This document shows, piece by piece, positions 56,055 to 58,671 of a stretch of DNA of 58,671 bases. The DNA lies in the NCBI GenBank assembly GCA_013115125.1, contig JABANN010000164.1, positions 1-58,671 on the forward strand, in the 5' to 3' direction. Each line of letters starts with the position of its first letter. The stretch's first letter is position 1. Made by a program: the position numbers and the translations under genes. This stretch comes from Perkinsus olseni. Lineage: Eukaryota. A model generated the notes under the pieces. The model worked only from the letters and a program-made list of their open reading frames with translations, was not told the origin of the DNA and did no database searches.

Positions 56055-57641
56055 TGTACTATAGTGACAACATAGTGACGACTATAGTGCTAGCTATGTT
56101 ACAGCTACAGCCTGGTTCAGTACCACTCAGCTCATAGTTTACTGCTACTACGTACCGTTAGTATCAGATAACCATCTGATCTTATTCTGCGCCTTGCACT
56201 CGCGTCCATGAGTATACGTGCTGTCCTAAGCTTAGCGTAGTAAGCTGTAGTGCACATTATCATTAAGCTTCTCTCCAGTCCAATCTTACCTCTCTTTGAG
56301 CCCCGTCTCAAATAGCCGCACTGTACTGAGTCATAGTGCAGTAGTTGTAGCAGCTCCTTGTTCCCGAGAAGTCCTTGTTCTCGAGGACCACTTCCGAACT
56401 TGGACTTTCACCCTGGTGCCTTATCGTCTTTATGGAGGTCGAGCCCAAACTCTGATTGTGCAACGAACTCTCCCTCATCAACATGTTCTGTTCGGAGTCA
56501 AGTTGCTACAACTCGTCAAGGCGAGAAATTTTCTACACCTTCGGTTGCTTCTCGTTCCATCATGGTGCTTCTCCTGGTCATCTTCATACAGCTCCGGCTA
56601 CAGCGGCGTACAAGTCGACAATGGTAAACCGCCTAGACGCTCCCCACCAAGTCCACAATGGCGTAACCCCTAGACATTTAGCCTTCGCCCACCGGAACTA
56701 CTACTCTCTACCCCCTGTCGCCCAGTATCAGCTGACGATAACTCTTATCCTGCCTCAAGTTCTTCAGAAGCCCGCATGCACTGGCTCTTCAATCGGTTGC
56801 GGTCATCCCCTTCCATGAGCTCATCCTCAGCATCGCGTTCTAAATCATCTCAGAACTATGGCCTACCCCGCCTACGGAACATTTGTAGCTTTTATGAAGG
56901 TAATTACAGCTTCGCCGCCTTCCAAGCCCCCCTAGAGTATAGCGCTGGCATGACCTCGCTCCTCTGCCTGGTTCATCCGGCAGACTCTGCCGGGCAGAGT
57001 CATCGTTTATCATATTCGTAAACTTCCATCTGGAATACTTCCACTACAAGGAACAGTTACTACTCCAACTACTACTAGTAGTTTACTAATGTAGTTCTCC
57101 GTGTACTCCATCTCATGTCCCCCCCACAAGGACCACCTCCGACTACAACTATGAGTCTATGTCCGTCCACTCCCTCTCAGCTACCTCGTACTACGACGGA
57201 TGTGATCCATGTGCTGCCTACTGTACAGCCCCTTCTACAAGAACAACTTATTGTACCATCAAGTCCATCCGAGGATCAATCCGCTCCCTCTATCTCTACC
57301 TCGTCTTCGTGTTCGTCTGCTGCAACTACCGGTAGATCTGATCGGTCTGCCCAACCTTGGCATTCTCTTCAAGCCTCCTCTTGGGAGACAGCCCCAAGTG
57401 GTCCAGTCCGACGTTCACCACGAGTCCCTGTGAGATTCGATCCCACCGGCTCTGCTAATGTCTCTAGTTTCGACGATCAGCTCTATCCTATCCGATAACG
57501 CTTCGGAGGGAGAGAGAAACCTGCACTATAGTGACAACATAGTGACGACTATAGTGCTAGCTATGTTACAGCTACAGCCTGGTTCAGTACCACTCAGCTC
57601 ATAGTTTACTGCTACTACGTACCGTTAGTATCAGATAACCA
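56055..57641 (+). mobile_element. Degenerate, internally deleted LTR retrotransposon (gypsy-like)
   Basis: 120-bp direct repeats 56055-56174 and 57522-57641 with one mismatch; purine tract GGAGGGAGAGAGAAA just before the second copy; broken ORFs ending in SGPVRRSPRVPVRFDP, like integrase C-terminal tails. No TSD or canonical PBS seen. Confidence 0.65.
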
Positions 57642-58012
57642 GTATCAGACTACTGTGACATCAAGAACCACTCAGACTTGTCTACATCGACTTCCCCTTT
57701 CCTTCGGTCCTGCTAAGGCCACCCCGAGACTTCACAGCGCATATGATGGCCCTCCGCAGCGCGCTATGTGCAAGCGTACATCCTGGGGTGCATAGACAGC
57801 GATTGTCTACCTTTTGCGTGCGCGCAGCGGGAACGGTGCGCATGCGTGCAAAGCGCACACTACGCTTAGTATGGTTGTCCATGAAAATGGTGAATCCTGA
57901 AAATGGTGAATCGGAAAAAATTACCCGCGAACCCTGATAATGGTGAAGACACAAGCGCGCGCCTACGAAATTATTGACACGGCCCCACTGCAGCGGTACG
58001 GTTAATATTATC

Positions 58013-58083
58013 GGAACGTTGGTCAAGTGGTTGAGGTTCTCGATTGTGAATCGAAGGACTCAGGTTCAAATCCTAGATGATAT
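58013..58083 (+). mobile_element. tRNA-His(GTG)-derived pseudogene or SINE head
   Basis: A-box-like TGGTCAAGTGG, anticodon arm TCGA-TTGTGAA-TCGA and B-box GGTTCAAATCC at tRNA spacing, but the acceptor stem does not pair. Confidence 0.7.
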
Positions 58084-58671
58084 ACGTAATTAGTCGCTTT
58101 AATTTGAAGTGGTTTTGTCAGTCCTATACGAAGGTGTCGAATGCAGTGACGCGATGGAGAAGTTAGCCTTCCCGAGTTAGCTGGTTCAGCAATCGCTCCT
58201 GCGTAAGTGTTGTATTTGTTCCTCATTATCGCTGTAGCACTACAGTACTTCTTCCTCTCCCGCGGTACTATAAACTCGAACACTTTGAACACATATGAAA
58301 ATCTCCTGTCGGTACTAGTGTAGTTTTTCGACGCTTTTCTCATTCCAAATCTACGTTCAGCTTCCATTTTCGTATATGCATAACTGTCACCTGATAATGG
58401 AATGTCACGCATGACAGCTTCATACTGGTATACGAGCCTGAACACGACAAAAGCGAAGAAAGCATTGAGGTTTGATTATCAGCCGAATGATGTTATGTAG
58501 CAGTGTTACAGATAGTGCTACCGCTCCAGTCTGGAACTTCCAGATCCATCATAGATGGATGTTATATACCGAATATGAGATGGAAGATGATCGCGGCATG
58601 GGATGAAGGCCTTAACTGCGGACAGAAACGGATCGGGAATGCACTCCCTTATAACGCAACACTGGTACAGA

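Overview
Gene-dense, GC-balanced eukaryotic DNA with many short (about 40-70 nt) GT/GC-AG introns and very small intergenic gaps. This architecture most resembles the alveolate parasite Perkinsus (inference, not verified). Positions 1-53 kb hold tightly packed, mostly co-oriented genes: CTR9, a HELQ/POLQ-type helicase, tRNA-Ile(AAU), ABCF2, RPL23, an IFT54-like gene, ZNF207, PPCDC, a PITH-domain gene, a P5-type ATPase, LSM3, an NHL-repeat gene, a coiled-coil gene and mitochondrial uL13. There are also three dispersed paralogs of an unknown, possibly secreted protein, one of them pseudogenised. The last 5.7 kb is a mobile-element nest. It contains a complete young TRIM (identical 195-bp LTRs, tRNA-Gly PBS, 4-bp TSD), a Tc1/mariner-type MITE, a degenerate LTR element, a tRNA-His-like SINE head and an unexplained structured element. 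The most unusual signal is tRNA 3'-half fragments that make up much of several short introns in the helicase gene. Gene spans include introns, and exon boundaries were read by eye, so they are approximate.
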